Positions 38,200 to 51,943 of a DNA stretch of 64,000 nt are shown piece after piece. This DNA is from Octopus sinensis. Its lineage: Eukaryota. Made by a program: the position numbers and the translations under genes. The notes beneath the pieces are model-generated. The model was not told the origin of the DNA, ran no database searches, and saw nothing but the letters and a program-made list of their open reading frames with translations. The number at the start of each line of letters is the position of its first letter. Position 1 is the first letter of the stretch. Where the stretch lies: positions 109,678,001-109,742,000 of the forward strand of contig NC_043002.1 in NCBI RefSeq assembly GCF_006345805.1. Reading direction: 5' to 3'.

Positions 38200-38800
38200 T
38201 TTGAGAGGAAAGGGTTAATAAGCCTATACCATCGATCCTAGTACTTGCCTGGTGCTTTATTTTATCGATCCTAGAGGGATGAAAGGTGAAGATGATTTCG
38301 GTGAAATTTGAACTCAGAATCTAAGGAACCGGAACAGATATAGTAAAACATCTATTTCCGACACTAGAACGATTCTGCCAGTTACTCGCTGCCCTACAAC
38401 AGGCTGAAACATTTCTAATTTTGGTACAAGGCCAGCAATTTCGGGAGCAAAGGGTAAGTCGATTAGACCGACCCCAGTACGCAACTGGTACTTACTTTAT
38501 CGACCCCGAAATGATGAAAGGCTAAGTTGACCTCGGTGGAATTTGAACTCAGAACGTAAAGATAGACGAAATACTGCTAAACATTTTGCCAGGCGTGCTA
38601 ACGATTCTTTTCTACTCTAGGCACAAGGCCTGAAATTTTTTGGGGGTGGGGGAATCGATTAGATCGACCCCAGTACGACCCCGAAAGGATGAAAGGCAAA
38701 GTCGACTTCGGTGGAATTTGAACTCAGAACATAAAGACAGACGAAATACTGCTAAACATTACGCCCGGCGTGCTAACGTTTCTGCCAGCGTGCCGCCCCG
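38200..38800 (-). mobile_element. Cluster of three nested/diverged family A SINEs
   Basis: Repeated GAATTTGAACTCAGAAC and ATCGAC(C/T)C.GAAAGGATGAAAGG motifs. Confidence 0.7.
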
Positions 38801-40630
38801 CAACAAGCTAAAATATTATAAAAAAATATTTCGATATTTTAATAAAGCTTTCTCTCTCTCTCTGATATTGACAGCCAACAATCCAATATATATGACTATC
38901 AGAATTAGTGACCAATATTATATTATATTAAAATCTCAGCTGTCAGTTTTATTGTGTTTAGTTCATACTGTGAGTAAATGGAATTTAAAACACGGCAGCA
39001 TTGAGGTGTGACATTGTACTATGTTACAAGTACCCAGATTAGTTCATCCTGGTGACTGGAGTGTGACATCTCACTTTGTTACACATTTGTAGACCAGTCT
39101 ATCAAGCTAGAGGTAGGTGACTGAGGTGTGTCACCAATATAATACAATAGAATAACCTAGACAAATAGAGGTCTATGAAGTACCATACAACATAGTATTC
39201 TTGATTTATTAAAGTTATCTCTATTTCAAGAAGGCTGTGTCAATAATTACCAAATGGCAATTAAGACCCGCTCTACTTGAGAAGCGTGATAATTTCATGA
39301 ATCAAGAATTCTCCAAAGTTGACATGCCATTAAGGAAATGGACAGTTTTATCGCCTGAAGAGAACAGTCGTAGGCACGTGTTTCTGTCTCAATAGCCGTC
39401 ATCAGCACAACCATTATCTCCAGTAGCCAAGAACACATTAATGGCCTAAGTAATTTGCATAATTCATATAGAAAATGAACAAAGGTAAGTAACTCTAGGT
39501 GGCCAGTGACATGTGTTTGAACGACTGACACATACAGGTGTTTAACAAGAGAGAGATTTTGGTGGAGATTGCAATTAAAACGCAGTTCAACCTTTATAGA
39601 ATCTGATTTGAGAGGAAGGGAACAGAAGACAGTCTGAAGTGTAGCTAGGACCGACCTTTCGAATAGAAGAAGTGGTTCAAATTAGCGGTTAGTCTATCTG
39701 CTAGAAACAACAGGCAAAACTTCTATCGATTCACACGCTTGTTTTAAAAATAAAATATTATTGGGTTATGTAATTCTAGACTTTTAAGGTGGGATGGTCA
39801 CAGCTGGAGCAGCTTCGATTACAGGTCTGGTGGGTGAGAGCCGACAAGGAGTTAAAAGGCACGACAACTTCTATCCAAACATCAGTGACACCGAGGAATG
39901 GTCGAACAGAGCAAAACACTAAAGATTCCTCTCATCCTAGACTGAAATAGCACCGACTAAATAGGAATGCAGACGTGTAAATAACCGTGTATATTAAGGC
40001 GCTTACGAAATGCCAAACAGCTAAATATATTAAAGATCACCAGATAAATAAACTAAAACCGGGTAAATAAACATGTTAACAAGCAACAAATAGACACGAC
40101 GACGGATATAGGGGTAAATAAATATTTTAATGAATATCGGGTAAATAAACAAACGGTTATCAAGCAATACAATACCTGAATATGGCTATTTAAGCTGGAA
40201 TCTAGTAAATAGACACTTGTAAGGGTAAATAAACAAATGCACAGTTATTAATAGTGTTATTTTGGTTAACGTGCCCATAGCTTTTTCAGCCCTCATTCAT
40301 GGAGTGATAGTGTGTGTGTGTGTGTGTGTGGTTGGTTGGTTAACGTTCAGCTCTTAGCAAAACAATTGACGCCAGCGTAACAGAGTAGCTGGATGGTGAA
40401 TGTAAGAGAATAAATGAAGATATTGGCCGAGCGTCTTGGGTGGCGAGACAATGAGAAGAGCAACAACACCATGGCTAGTGAGAGCAGAGAGCAGAGTTAA
40501 CTAGGGACAGATGGACAATGAACGAAGTTTATCCAGGTGGATCATCAAAGCCCGCGAGGGGACATACGTTCTAACCCTCAAAAGGTACAGAGTACTGTTC
40601 GTATATCAGGGAAAATGTACTTGTTACAGA

Positions 40631-40970
40631 GTGGAGGCGCAATGGCCTAGTGGTTAGGGCAGTGGACTCGCGGTTATAGGATCGCGGTTTCGATTCCCAC
40701 GAGGCTCCGGCAGGGGATGGTGGTGATCCCTGCTGTACTCTTTCACCACAACTTTCTCTCACTCTTACTTCCTGTTTCTGTTGTACCTGTATTTCAAAGG
40801 GCCGGCCTTGTCACTCTCTGTGTCACGCTGAATATCCCCGAGAACTACGTTAAGGGTACACGTGTCTGTGGAGTGCTCAGCCACTTACACGTTAATTTCA
40901 CGAGCAGGCTGTTCCGTTGATTCGGATCAACCGGAACCCTCGTCGTCGTAACCGACGGAGTGCTTCCATC
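40631..40970 (+). mobile_element. tRNA(Arg)-like SINE with internal deletion
   Basis: 13-bp TSD ACTTGTTACAGAG at 40619-40631 and 40972-40984. Confidence 0.9.
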
Positions 40971-41014
40971 CACTTGTTACAGAGCTCCCACAAGAATATC
41001 TGGAAAATATCCTT

Positions 41015-41273
41015 TTATTTATTTCAGTTATTTGACTGCGGCCATGCTGAAGCACCGCCTTTTGTCGAGCAAATCGACCTCAGAACTTATTCTTTGTAAG
41101 CCTAGTACTTATTCTATCGGTCCCTTTTGCTGAACTGCCAAGTTACGGGGGCGTAAACACACCAGCATCGGCTGTCAAGCGATGCTGGAGGGACAACACA
41201 CACAGACACGTATATATATATATAAATTTATAAATGAGGGTGAAAAATTGATATTAATTTAATAATACCATTA

Positions 41274-41320
<47 letters not shown>

Positions 41321-41485
41321 CACATATATACAACGGGCTTCTTTCAGTTTCTGTCCACCAAATCCACTCACAAGGCTTTGGTTGGCCCGATGCTATAGTA
41401 GCCCAAAGTGCCGCGCAGTGGGATTGAACCCAGAACCATTCGTTTGGTGAGCAAGCTACTTACCACACAGCCACTCCTGCGCCTA
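41015..41485 (-). mobile_element. SINE family B
   Basis: Head and tail separated by an expanded (TA)n. Confidence 0.8.
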
Positions 41486-43029
41486 CAGGTAAATAGGCAA
41501 ACTTTCATTCACAACCACCGAAACCACGACCACGACCGCCGCCGCCATTTCTTTCTCTTTGACCATCTGAACATCGGCCCCAAATCCACCCGATGCACCT
41601 ATCATCTCTAATCACATTTGCTGTGACTCATCTCACGGGTCCCGTATACATTCTGAGTTCAAATTCCGCCGAGGTCGACTTTGCCTTTCATCCTTTCGGG
41701 GTCGATAAATAAAGTACCAGTTTCGCACTGGGGGTCAATGTAATCGACCTAATCCCTTTGTCTGTCCTTGTTTGTCCCCTCTGTGTTTAGCCCCTTGAGG
41801 GCAATAAAGAAATATATATATCTTCTGCTTGTTTCAGTTTTTGTGCATGGCTGCACTAAGGTTTTTTTTTTTTTTCATTTAAAAGTGTGGTACTTATTCT
41901 ATCGGTATCTTTTGGTGAACCATCAAGTTACGGAGACGTAAATGAACCAACACCGGTTGTCAAATGTGTGTGTGGGGGGTATTACGCACGCACACACACA
42001 TTTACATATAAATACACGACAGACTTCCACACAGTTTCGGTCTACGGAATTCACTGATAAGACGCTAAGCCATCGGTCCGTTGGAAGCTACAGGAGAAGA
42101 CGCTCAAGATGCCGCGCAGCAGATTTGAACCTGGAACCACATCGCTGCAGAGAGAGCTTCTAAACCGATTTGCAGGGGTGTGGGAAACATTTTCCATGTT
42201 ATTTATTCAAAGGAAGAAGGTCTGAGACGATAATGTCTTCATTTCTAAACGGAAATAGAGAGAAAGGAAGGGAGAGAGAGGGAGAGAGAGAGAGAGGGAG
42301 AGAAGAGAGAGAGGAGGAGAAAGAGAGGGACAGAAGAGAGATAGAGGGAGAGTGAGAGAGAGCGAGATAGAAGAGAGATAGAGAGGGGGAGAGAGCGGGA
42401 TAGAAGAGAGAGGGAAGGAGAGAGAAAGGGCGGGAGTGAGCGGGATAGAAGAGAGAGATAGGAGAGAGAGAGAGAGAGAGAGTTGCCGCTTTCGTGAAGC
42501 AAGAGCTGGAAGTCGATTTAAAACGATGCCAGTATTTGACGGCTACTTGATGGTGGGAGGGGCGGGGGACAGGCAGAAATGTTAACATGCCGGACGAAAT
42601 ACTTAACGATATTTCGTCCGTCTTTACATTCTGAGTTCAAATTCCGCCGAGGTCGACTTTGCCTTTCATCCTTTCGGGGTCGATAAATTAAGTACCAGTT
42701 GTATACTGAGGTCGATCTAATCGACTGGCCCCTTCCCCCCCAAATTTCGTGCCTTGTGCCTAGAGTATTAAAGTATTTGACTGCTATTTTATTTTATCGA
42801 GCCTGGAAGGATAAAAGGTAAAGTTGACCGGAATGCATTTTGTTCGACGCACCAACGATTCTGCTAACTCATTATCGATGATTATTTTTAATGATAGATC
42901 TGGGAATGTTCGAGCAAACATCAATATTAGAGTACGTAAAGTTTGTTAATTAACGAATTGAAGTCATTATGATAATTAAGGAATGTATCCGTCATCCCGA
43001 TTGCGTTTGGCACAACTAGAATAATACAC

Positions 43030-43500
43030 GAACAATTCAGGAAATAATGTTAGAGAAAAGTGATACTGAGGCAGATGGCAGCACTGTTCAAAGGAACGAA
43101 CAAGATACGCGCCAGCACTTCGACTAACAACCGTATGAAGATCCTGCTGCACCAGAGCATTGTCTTTCAAACAGCAGTTTATGCGGGAAAGACTTGGAAA
43201 ATAGCTGCCAAGATCACTTATAGGCCGGATACATTCCACCAATGCTGTCTAAACAGAATACTCAAGATCATCTTCAGGGATTGAATCACAAACTTTGAAG
43301 TCCAGAGAGGAGCCAATCTGCACGTCCTGCAAGAGATTGTGGCGAGAAGAATAATGAGACTTGCAGGTCATGGCTTTCCAAGTGCCAGAAGAAAGAATAC
43401 TCAGTACAATTATTCCATGTGCACAACCCGAAGGACGGAGAAAGAGCGAGAGACGTAGAAAACATGGCACACTACCTTCAACTAAGATCTGAAACAATTT
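43030..43500 (+). pseudogene. RTE/BovB-like LINE 3' remnant
   Basis: KILLHQSIVFQTAVYAGKTWKIAAKITYRPDTFHQCCLNRILKIIFRD*ITN.EV, then RRIMRLAGH (cf. LY.SIV.P.A.Y..ETW...D.FH.RCLRRIL.I.W.D.ITNEEV...RRLR.AGH). Confidence 0.75.
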
Positions 43501-44475
43501 GGCATCCATCAGATGCAGACAACAATGCTAAAAAATCAGGATTACATAGGAACAATCCAGATAAAAGAGCAATGTTAGAATCTTTCATAGCATTTGGTAA
43601 TCCTGTAGTGTTAGGTTTGATTTCTAAAACGTACCAAATTATATAATGAAAACTTTTGTAGTTCTTAAGGTATGAATAATGAAGAGTTTTAACAGACACA
43701 GGGACCACATATTTCTAAGAAAGAGGCAAAATCAATCGAATCAACGTAAAGGGACAAATCTTAACACTCCAAGATATTTCGTCTGAACTTTCCCGATTCT
43801 GACAAGGTCAACCATTCCTAAGACATACAGATTAATACTAGGTGAATAACCACATAGGCACAGAAAATAGCTGCATTGATATGACAAAAGAAAGGCTAAA
43901 TAGCCATACTGGTAAAACGATGAGGCACATTTCCACACCAATACAAGAACAGGGCAAATAACCACGCCAAGAAACCAACGGGGTAAATAGCCAAAGTCAA
44001 TTCGTATCTATTTATTGTCTGTCTATACGTGAAGCATGCATATGAAGCGGTGGCAAGAAAGGATTAAATGTTAAGTTCACCTCGCAGTTTTGATGCATTT
44101 TGATTTTATTGAGGGCCATTTCAGGGCAAGTGACTTCTACCAAAGCCTTAGGTCAACTCAAGCCTCCTGAGTGAAATTGGGTCAATGGAAACTATAAAGA
44201 AGTCTACCAGACGGATTATATAAGGAATTGAAAGAGCCAGCCTTGTCATACCTAACACCGTCACGCTGATTCGTTCAGGCAATTTGCGCAGACGATACAC
44301 ACACATGGCTATGCAATATTCGGCCATTCCTGTGCTAATTCAAGTGATCGTGGAAACCGATGGAAACCCATTTGCAGATGGCGTATATCTCAATGAAAAA
44401 TGTATTTATTTACTACAATACTGATACTTATTTTATCGACCCTGAAGAGATGAAAGCAGTTTTTCAGCCTTAAAT

Positions 44476-44515
<40 letters not shown>

Positions 44516-45029
44516 GGAGAGAGAGGGAACAGACAAAGCTAAAGACATCAAAGTGACATTTAGTCCAAACCGCCACCATTATTCTCACCCTACCTCTCCA
44601 CCGTTAATTATTATTGCATCAAAAAAACGGAAATCAGACAAAAACCAAGTAACACCATTGTTGTAAATAATTGGTTGAAATTAGTCTATATACATCGTCA
44701 CCCTCTCTGTCTCCCTGTCTCTCTCTCTTCTTCCCTTATGTGCCTCGTTCTTTCTTTCTCTCTGTCATCTACCTTGACTTGTTATCCCACTCGTCACCCA
44801 GAAGTAAATGCAAGTCATCCATTGTTACAACTGGTTTTAAACTGAACCATATATGGAACATCATTTGTGTTTCATAGAAGCAAAACGATATTAGATTCTT
44901 ATGTGCTTTTTACACACACAATATACATATTTAAACTTACATATTAAACTTGGATCTTCTCAGAAAATCTCTATATTCTATATATAAATGAACACGGCAT
45001 AAGTTTATATACATACACACCACACACAC

Positions 45030-45092
<63 letters not shown>

Positions 45093-45095
45093 CAG

Positions 45096-45152
<57 letters not shown>

Positions 45153-45177
45153 ACATATATATATGTGTGTGTGTCTG

Positions 45178-45216
<39 letters not shown>

Positions 45217-45219
45217 ATA

Positions 45220-45263
<44 letters not shown>

Positions 45264-45266
45264 CAC

Positions 45267-45316
<50 letters not shown>

Positions 45317-45345
45317 TATATATATATACACACAGACACACACTT

Positions 45346-45380
<35 letters not shown>

Positions 45381-45484
45381 CACACACTTCCATTAAAACA
45401 AAATGAAAAAAAGGTCATTTAAAGATCAACCCTGTTTTGTGTGTCATGCATTGTGCGTCTAGACCGCTGGTTCATATATATATA

Positions 45485-45522
<38 letters not shown>

Positions 45523-45924
45523 CTTTGTCGCGGTCTGTATTGAATAAGCGAGTATTTATAACAGCTTAGGGAGGACAACGTCCTCTGAAGAAAGCGCTGT
45601 CACTGAGCAATAAACCTTGGGTCGAGAGTGGAAAAAGAAACTTGAGGTTTATCAAACACACACAGAACAACAACAGCAACAGTTAACTTGTGTTGTAAAA
45701 CTGCACTCAACTGAAGATTATCGAGGCTATTAGTAAACAAAAGCTTCTGGCGATCTTTTGGGAACTGAAAGTGAAAGATTTAAGAAACAAAACAAAACTG
45801 AATCGTTAATAATCGTCAAAATTAAATCTACCTGATATAAAAAAAACCCCAAAAAACGATAAGATTTGTGATCTCCGACATAAGTGTAAAATGTGATTTA
45901 TTATTGTTTTATGAGAGTAGTGTA

Positions 45925-46560
45925 AGGCGGTGAGTTGGCAGAAATGTTAGCACGCTGGACGAAATGCTTAGCAGTATTTCATCTGTCGCGAGTTCAAATT
46001 CCGCCGAGGTCAACTTTGCCTATTTATCCTTTCGGGGTCGATAAATTAAGTACCAGTGAAACACTGGGGTCGATGTAATCGACTAGTCTCCCCCCTCCTA
46101 CGCACAAATTTCAGGCCTTGTGCCTATAACAGAAAGGATAATTAGGGTGGTGTACTGGTAGAATCGTTAGCGCGCCGGACAAAATGTTTAGCGGCATTTC
46201 GCCCGTCCTTAAGTTCTGAGTTCAAATTCCGCCGAGGTCGACTTTACCGTTCACCCTTTCGGGGTTGATGAAACAAGTACCAGTTACGCACTGGGGTTAA
46301 TGTATTCGACTTACCCCTCCTCCCTGCTTTCAGGCCTTGTACCTATAGAAGAATATTAGTCGGTAAGCTGGCAGAATTGTTAGCACGCTGGGCGAAATAT
46401 TTAGCGGTATTTCGTCTGCCGTTACATTCTGAGTTCAAATTCCGCTTAGGTCAACTTTGCCTTTCAGCCTTTCGGGATCGATAAATTAAGAACTAGTTAT
46501 GCACTAGGGTCCACGTATCGACTTAATCCCTTCTCCCAAATTTGAAGCCTTGTGTTTCTA
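45925..46560 (+). mobile_element. Three consecutive family A SINE copies
   Basis: Heads at ~45925, ~46150 and ~46360, each with GTTCAAATTCCGC. Confidence 0.8.
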
Positions 46561-47464
46561 GTAGAAAGGATGATTATTATTATTATTATTATTATTGAGT
46601 GAGAGAGCAGTTCATGCCATCAAAGTGACACTGGGGTAAAATATACGAAGCCCAGTATACCCATCATGACTACCCGTCTGATAAGGGTACACCAGGCACA
46701 TGCATCACAACCATATGTGCGCAACATGGTGATCTCATATGAAGATAAACAGCACATGACCTTGCAGGTGGGGCCCAGTTAGAATTTTCTTCAGGTCGAG
46801 TAACCCATCCCACTCGAAAGGTCCCTGAATAAGGGTTGTTTAAGGATGTTGAAAGAACCACCCATGTTTCCAGAGGTGAATTATTCAAACCCCAAAGAAT
46901 CCCTCCCCCACTGCTTCTGCCCGTGATCAGAGATGCACATATCGTCAGCCACTAAGGGACATGCTCAACTGGTTAGGGCGGTGTACTAGCAGAATCCTTC
47001 GCATGCCAGACAAAATGCTTCGCGGAATTTTGTCCGCCTTTACGTTCTGAGTTCAAATCCCACCAAGGACGCCTTTGGCTTTCATCCTTTTGGAGTCGAT
47101 CAAATAAGTACCAGTTGAGTACTGGGGTCGATGTAATCTTCTAGCTACCACTGCCCAAACTTCCAGGCCTTCTACTTATGGTAGAGAGGAGTATTATGAA
47201 AGCAGTGAGCTGGCTGAAGGATAAGGGCATCGGACAAAATCGCTAACAATTTTCTTCTGGTTCTTAACGTTCTGAGTTCATATCCCACTGGGGTCAATTT
47301 TGCTTCTCACCCTTTTGGTGTCGATAAAATAAAATAGCATTCAAGTACTGAGTTCAATGTAATCATTTCCCCCTCCGCCGGACTAAGAGTCCAGCGGCGT
47401 TTCTTTCGGCTGTATTACGTTCGGAGATCAACTTTTGTCTTTCATCTTTTCGAGGCCGATGTAA

Positions 47465-48242
47465 CCTATTTCTTTATTACCCACAAGGGGCTAAACACAG
47501 AGGGGACAAACAAGGACAGACATAGGTATTAAGTCGATTACATCGACCCCAGTGCGTAACTGGTACTTAATTTATCGATCCCGAAAGGATGAAAGGCAAA
47601 GTCAACCTCGGCGGAATTTGAACTCACAACGTAACGCAGACGAAATACCTATTTCTTTACTACCCACAAGGGGCTAAACACAGAGGGGACAAACAAGGAC
47701 AGACAAATGGATTAAGTCAATTATCGACCCCAGTGCGTAACTGGTACTTAATTTATCGACCCCGAAAGGATGAAAGGCAAAGTCGACCTCGGCGGAATTT
47801 GAACTCACAACGTAACGCAGACGAAATACCTATTTCTTTACTACCCACAAGGGGCTAAACACAGAGGGGACAAACAAGGACAGACAAATGGATTAAGTCA
47901 ATTATCGACCCCAGTGCGTAACTGGTACTTAATTTATCGACCCCGAAAGGATGAAAGGCAAAGTCGACCTCGGCGGAATTTGAACTCACAACGTAACGCA
48001 GACGAAATACCTATTTCTTTACTACCCACAAGGGGCTAAACACAGAGGGGACAAACAAGGACAGACAAATGGATTAAGTCAATTATCGACCCCAGTGCGT
48101 AACTGGTACTTAATTTATCGACCCCGAAAGGATGAAAGGCAAAGTCGACCTCGGCGGAATTTGAACTCACAACGTAACGCAGACGAAATACTGCTAAGCA
48201 TTTCGCCCGGCGTGCTAACGGTTCTGCCAGCTCGCCGCCTTA
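47465..48242 (-). repeat. Tandem concatemer of family A SINE body (4 units, 181-183 bp) with one head
   Basis: Unit starts at 47465, 47648, 47829 and 48010; junction GACGAAATA|CCTATTTC. Confidence 0.9.
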
Positions 48243-48410
48243 GGCCGATGTAACCGATTGACTCCTTCCCGACTAAAATTGCTGGCCTCGCGCAAAAAGG
48301 GATCAATGTTTTTCAATCCTTTGACAAGAAGTCAGTTGATTTACGAGTAAAACAGGGGTCAGTCTTAATTCACATCAATAACAATCTTAGTTTCCAAACA
48401 AGAAATAAAT

Positions 48411-48681
48411 ATTGTTTGCCAACATAACATGGCAGTCCTGGTTTAGGACGAATGTTGCTGTAATTTAGCCCCAGGAGACATCATTTCCAGCTGGCTATAT
48501 GACAGGATCTGTGTCCTTATATTTTCGAACAAGGGAATCTAGCACCCCGACTCATTCCCTTGTTCGAAAATATAAGGACACAGATCGTGTCGTATAGCCA
48601 GCTGGAGACGATGTCTCCTGGGGCTAAATAACAGCAACATTCGTCCTAAACCAGGTGTGACATATTATGTTGGCAAACAAT
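48411..48681. mobile_element. ~270-bp foldback palindrome (MITE-like)
   Basis: ATTGTTTGCCAACATAA...TTTTCGAACAAGGGAAT | ~15-nt loop | ATTCCCTTGTTCGAAAA...TTATGTTGGCAAACAAT. Confidence 0.85.
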
Positions 48682-49069
48682 CTTTACTCCAAAGTACTGT
48701 TGCTGAATATCTCATGTTGTGAGATTTAAAAATAGTAATTTTCTAAGAAATAAATATTTTGAAAGCCGACGTTCATCACTCAAAGTAGAAAACATGGCAA
48801 GTAGACCGAGAGTTCAAGTTTCAAATCCTGGCCGGACATGCCATTACATAGACTTTTAGTTTCATTTTGTTATGTTTTAATTGTTTCAGTCACTTGAATG
48901 CGGCCATGCTGGGGCATCGCCTTCAAGGGTTTTGATCAAACAAATCGACTCCAGTACTTATTCTTTTAAAAGTAAGGTACTTATTTTTCGATCATTTTCT
49001 CCGAACGGCTATGTTATGGGAACGCAAATAAACCAACATCGCATGTCAAGTGGTGTGGACACGCACACA

Positions 49070-49104
<35 letters not shown>

Positions 49105-49105
<1 letters not shown>

Positions 49106-49500
49106 TGGCACCTTGGGCAAGTGTCTTCTACTATAGCCTCGGGCCGACTAAAGCCTTGAGTGGATTTGGTAGACAGAAACTGAAAGAAGCCTGTCGTATG
49201 TATGTATGTATGTATGTATGTATGTATGTATGTATGTATGTATGTATGTATGTATGTATGTGTATGTATATATATATGTACGCGTGTGTGTATATGTTTG
49301 TGTGTCTGTGTTTATCCCTCCCAACATCGCTTGACAACCGATGGTGGTGTGTTTACATCCCCGTAACCTAGCGGTTCGGCAAAAGAGGTCGATAGAATAA
49401 GTACTAGGCTTACAAAGAATAAGTCCTGGAGTGGATTTGCTCGACTAAAGGCGGTGCTCCCGCATGGTCGCAGTCAAATGACTGAAACAAGTAAAAGAGA
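49105..49500 (+). mobile_element. SINE family B, 5'-truncated, with internal (TATG)n
   Basis: Starts at GGCACCTTGGGCAAGTGTCTT, ends GAAACAAGTAAAAGAG. Confidence 0.85.
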
Positions 49501-50299
49501 ATATATATATATGTGTGTGTATGAGTATATACACGACGGATTTCTGCTTAGAATCCATTGAAACAGAAACTACGAAATTCTGAAGTGAGCTTCTTTCCCG
49601 ATAATTTGTTTATCTTTCACTTCTATTCATTTACCTTCAGTGTTTTTCACCTGTCCGTCATTAAATGTTCATAAATCGAAAGGTATACATGAAATTTCCT
49701 GGGATGCAGATAAGAACGTTTAATAAAATAAAAAAAAAAGCAAGCGAGATAACTCTAGTAAGAGCAGCAGATCAAAATTAATGGGCAATGTTGACAATGA
49801 GGATAGAGTAGATCGGGCTTTTAAAGCTAACCGGAGGATAGGGATGGGTGATAGAAAAGAACATGTTTCAGTCTAATTAAACCTCGTCAGCGATGTGAGA
49901 TTTAGAGTTATCATCAATAAATGCAAAAATTGAAGCAATGCGATGGTGTTGGTTACAGATTTCAACAACAGGACTGAAGGAAAATACCCCCAAAGAAGTG
50001 CTTGGGGTACATACATATACACATATATGTACGTACGTACGTACATATACACATACATACATGTTAAAGAAAATTACGTGAAAACTTTCGATTTCTTGAG
50101 ATTAGGTTTGAAACTGAAAACACTTGAATTTTGTGCAGAACGCTTTGTTTCTTAGAGAGGGCCAAGACCAAGTATACAGTGGAGAAGGTTTATTCTGATG
50201 TGCTCCATAAATTTGGGTTAATCTAAACCTGCTCGTCTGTTTTGTGCGCATTTGGGACAAGTGCATCAGGTCTCAATTTTCACCAAACATTTGTTTATA

Positions 50300-50698
50300 T
50301 ATACTCTTTTACTTGTTTCAGTCATTTGACTGCGGCCATGCTGGAGCACCACCTTTAGTCGAGCAAATCGACCCCAGGACTTATTCTTTGTAAGCCCAGT
50401 ACTTATTCTATCGGTCTCTTTTGCCGAACCGCTAAGTGACGGGGACGTAAACACACCAGCATCAGTTGTCAAGCAAAGCTAGGGGGACAAACACAGATAC
50501 ACAAACACACACACATATATATATACATATATACGACAGGCTTCTTTCAGTTTCCATCTACCAAATCCACTCACAAGGCATTAGTCGGCCCGGGGCAATA
50601 GCAGAAGACACTTGCCCAAGGTGCCACGCAGTGGGACTGAACCCGGAACCATGTGGTTAGTTAGCAAGCTACTTACCAAACAGCCACTCCTGCGCCTA
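50300..50698 (-). mobile_element. SINE family B, full length
   Basis: Near-consensus reverse copy. Confidence 0.9.
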
Positions 50699-50701
50699 TA
50701 T

Positions 50702-50754
<53 letters not shown>

Positions 50755-51757
50755 CATCGTTCAACGTCCGTTTTCTATACTGGTATGAGTTGGACGGTTC
50801 AACTGGGGTCTGGGAAGCCAGGATGCTGCATTAGGCCCCAATCTGATCTGGCAGTATTTCTACAGTTAGACTGCCCTTCCTAACGCCAGCCACTCCGAGA
50901 GTGCAGTGGGTGCTTTTTACGAGCCACCGGCATAGGCGCCAGAGGGGGCATCGACCACGACCGGATGGTGTTTTTTACGTGCCACCGGCACGGGAGCCAG
51001 CCACTAGCTTAAAAGCTGACGGCTTTTGAGGTAGCTCCTGAGGAGGGCTCGTCATTAGGCCTTGGGCCCAACAATGACACTTAATGCATTGAGTACATAT
51101 TAAAATTTTATTAAACTTGAATAATATTTTTCAAGCAATGAACAACTTTCATCAAAACAATGATATAATTTGTCGACTTGGGACTCATTGCAAAGCTGCA
51201 TGATAAACAACAGTACCACCACCATCGCCACCACATCTGCCATACACACACCATTCAGACTTCTGACGCCACCACCATTACCTTTGACTTCGCCGCCTTC
51301 CCTTCCACCACCATCACCACTACTATCATCCCTGACCACCTCGGCCACCACCACCACCGCCTCTATCACAACTACAGCTCATACTATTACTATCACCCCA
51401 TTACCATCACAAAAAAAGGCTAAATGTGTGCATGAAAGAATTGTGTTCGGTGTTCGGTCCCCCTTTCTCTCTCTCTCTCTCTCTCTCTTATTATTACTCC
51501 CACTGCCACCATCAACACTAGTACTTTTAATAAATACATCATCAACTTTTCCTGAATTTCTTTCTCTCTTTCTTTCCCTCTCTTTTTCTTTCTCTCTCCT
51601 TCGCCACTGCCCCCACCATCATTAGGCCTACTGTTACTCTCATCCCAGTATGAGCAATAGTAGGAGAGTCAATGAATAGTGAAAGAGGAGGTCAAAGTGT
51701 GACACACTGACACACAGATATTAATTTTCGCATTTATCATATTAGATAGATACAGGT

Positions 51758-51816
<59 letters not shown>

Positions 51817-51935
51817 AGAGAAGTGGGTTATGAAAACTGAAGATGGAAATATTGATCAAAATGAAATATTAACAAAAAGCCGAAGCACTTTCATTTTTAC
51901 GAATTAACTGAAGAAATGTGGAACTCTAGATAATA

Positions 51936-51943
51936 ACTTACCT
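51936..51943 (-). promoter_or_regulatory. Splice donor AG|GTAAGT
   Basis: Perfect consensus donor immediately after the last IB-domain cysteine and residues E-L-I. Confidence 0.85.

Noticed and set aside
44215-44330. Minus-strand phase-1/phase-1 mini-exon candidate ending TTAG|GTATGA
   Set aside because: Weak acceptor, and the sequence aligns by eye to a decayed SINE tail (CCAGCCTTGTCA...GTCACGCTGA).
51904-51941. C-terminal GKLLSRVPHFFS* of the 416-aa ORF
   Set aside because: Read-through of a perfect GTAAGT donor; intronic.
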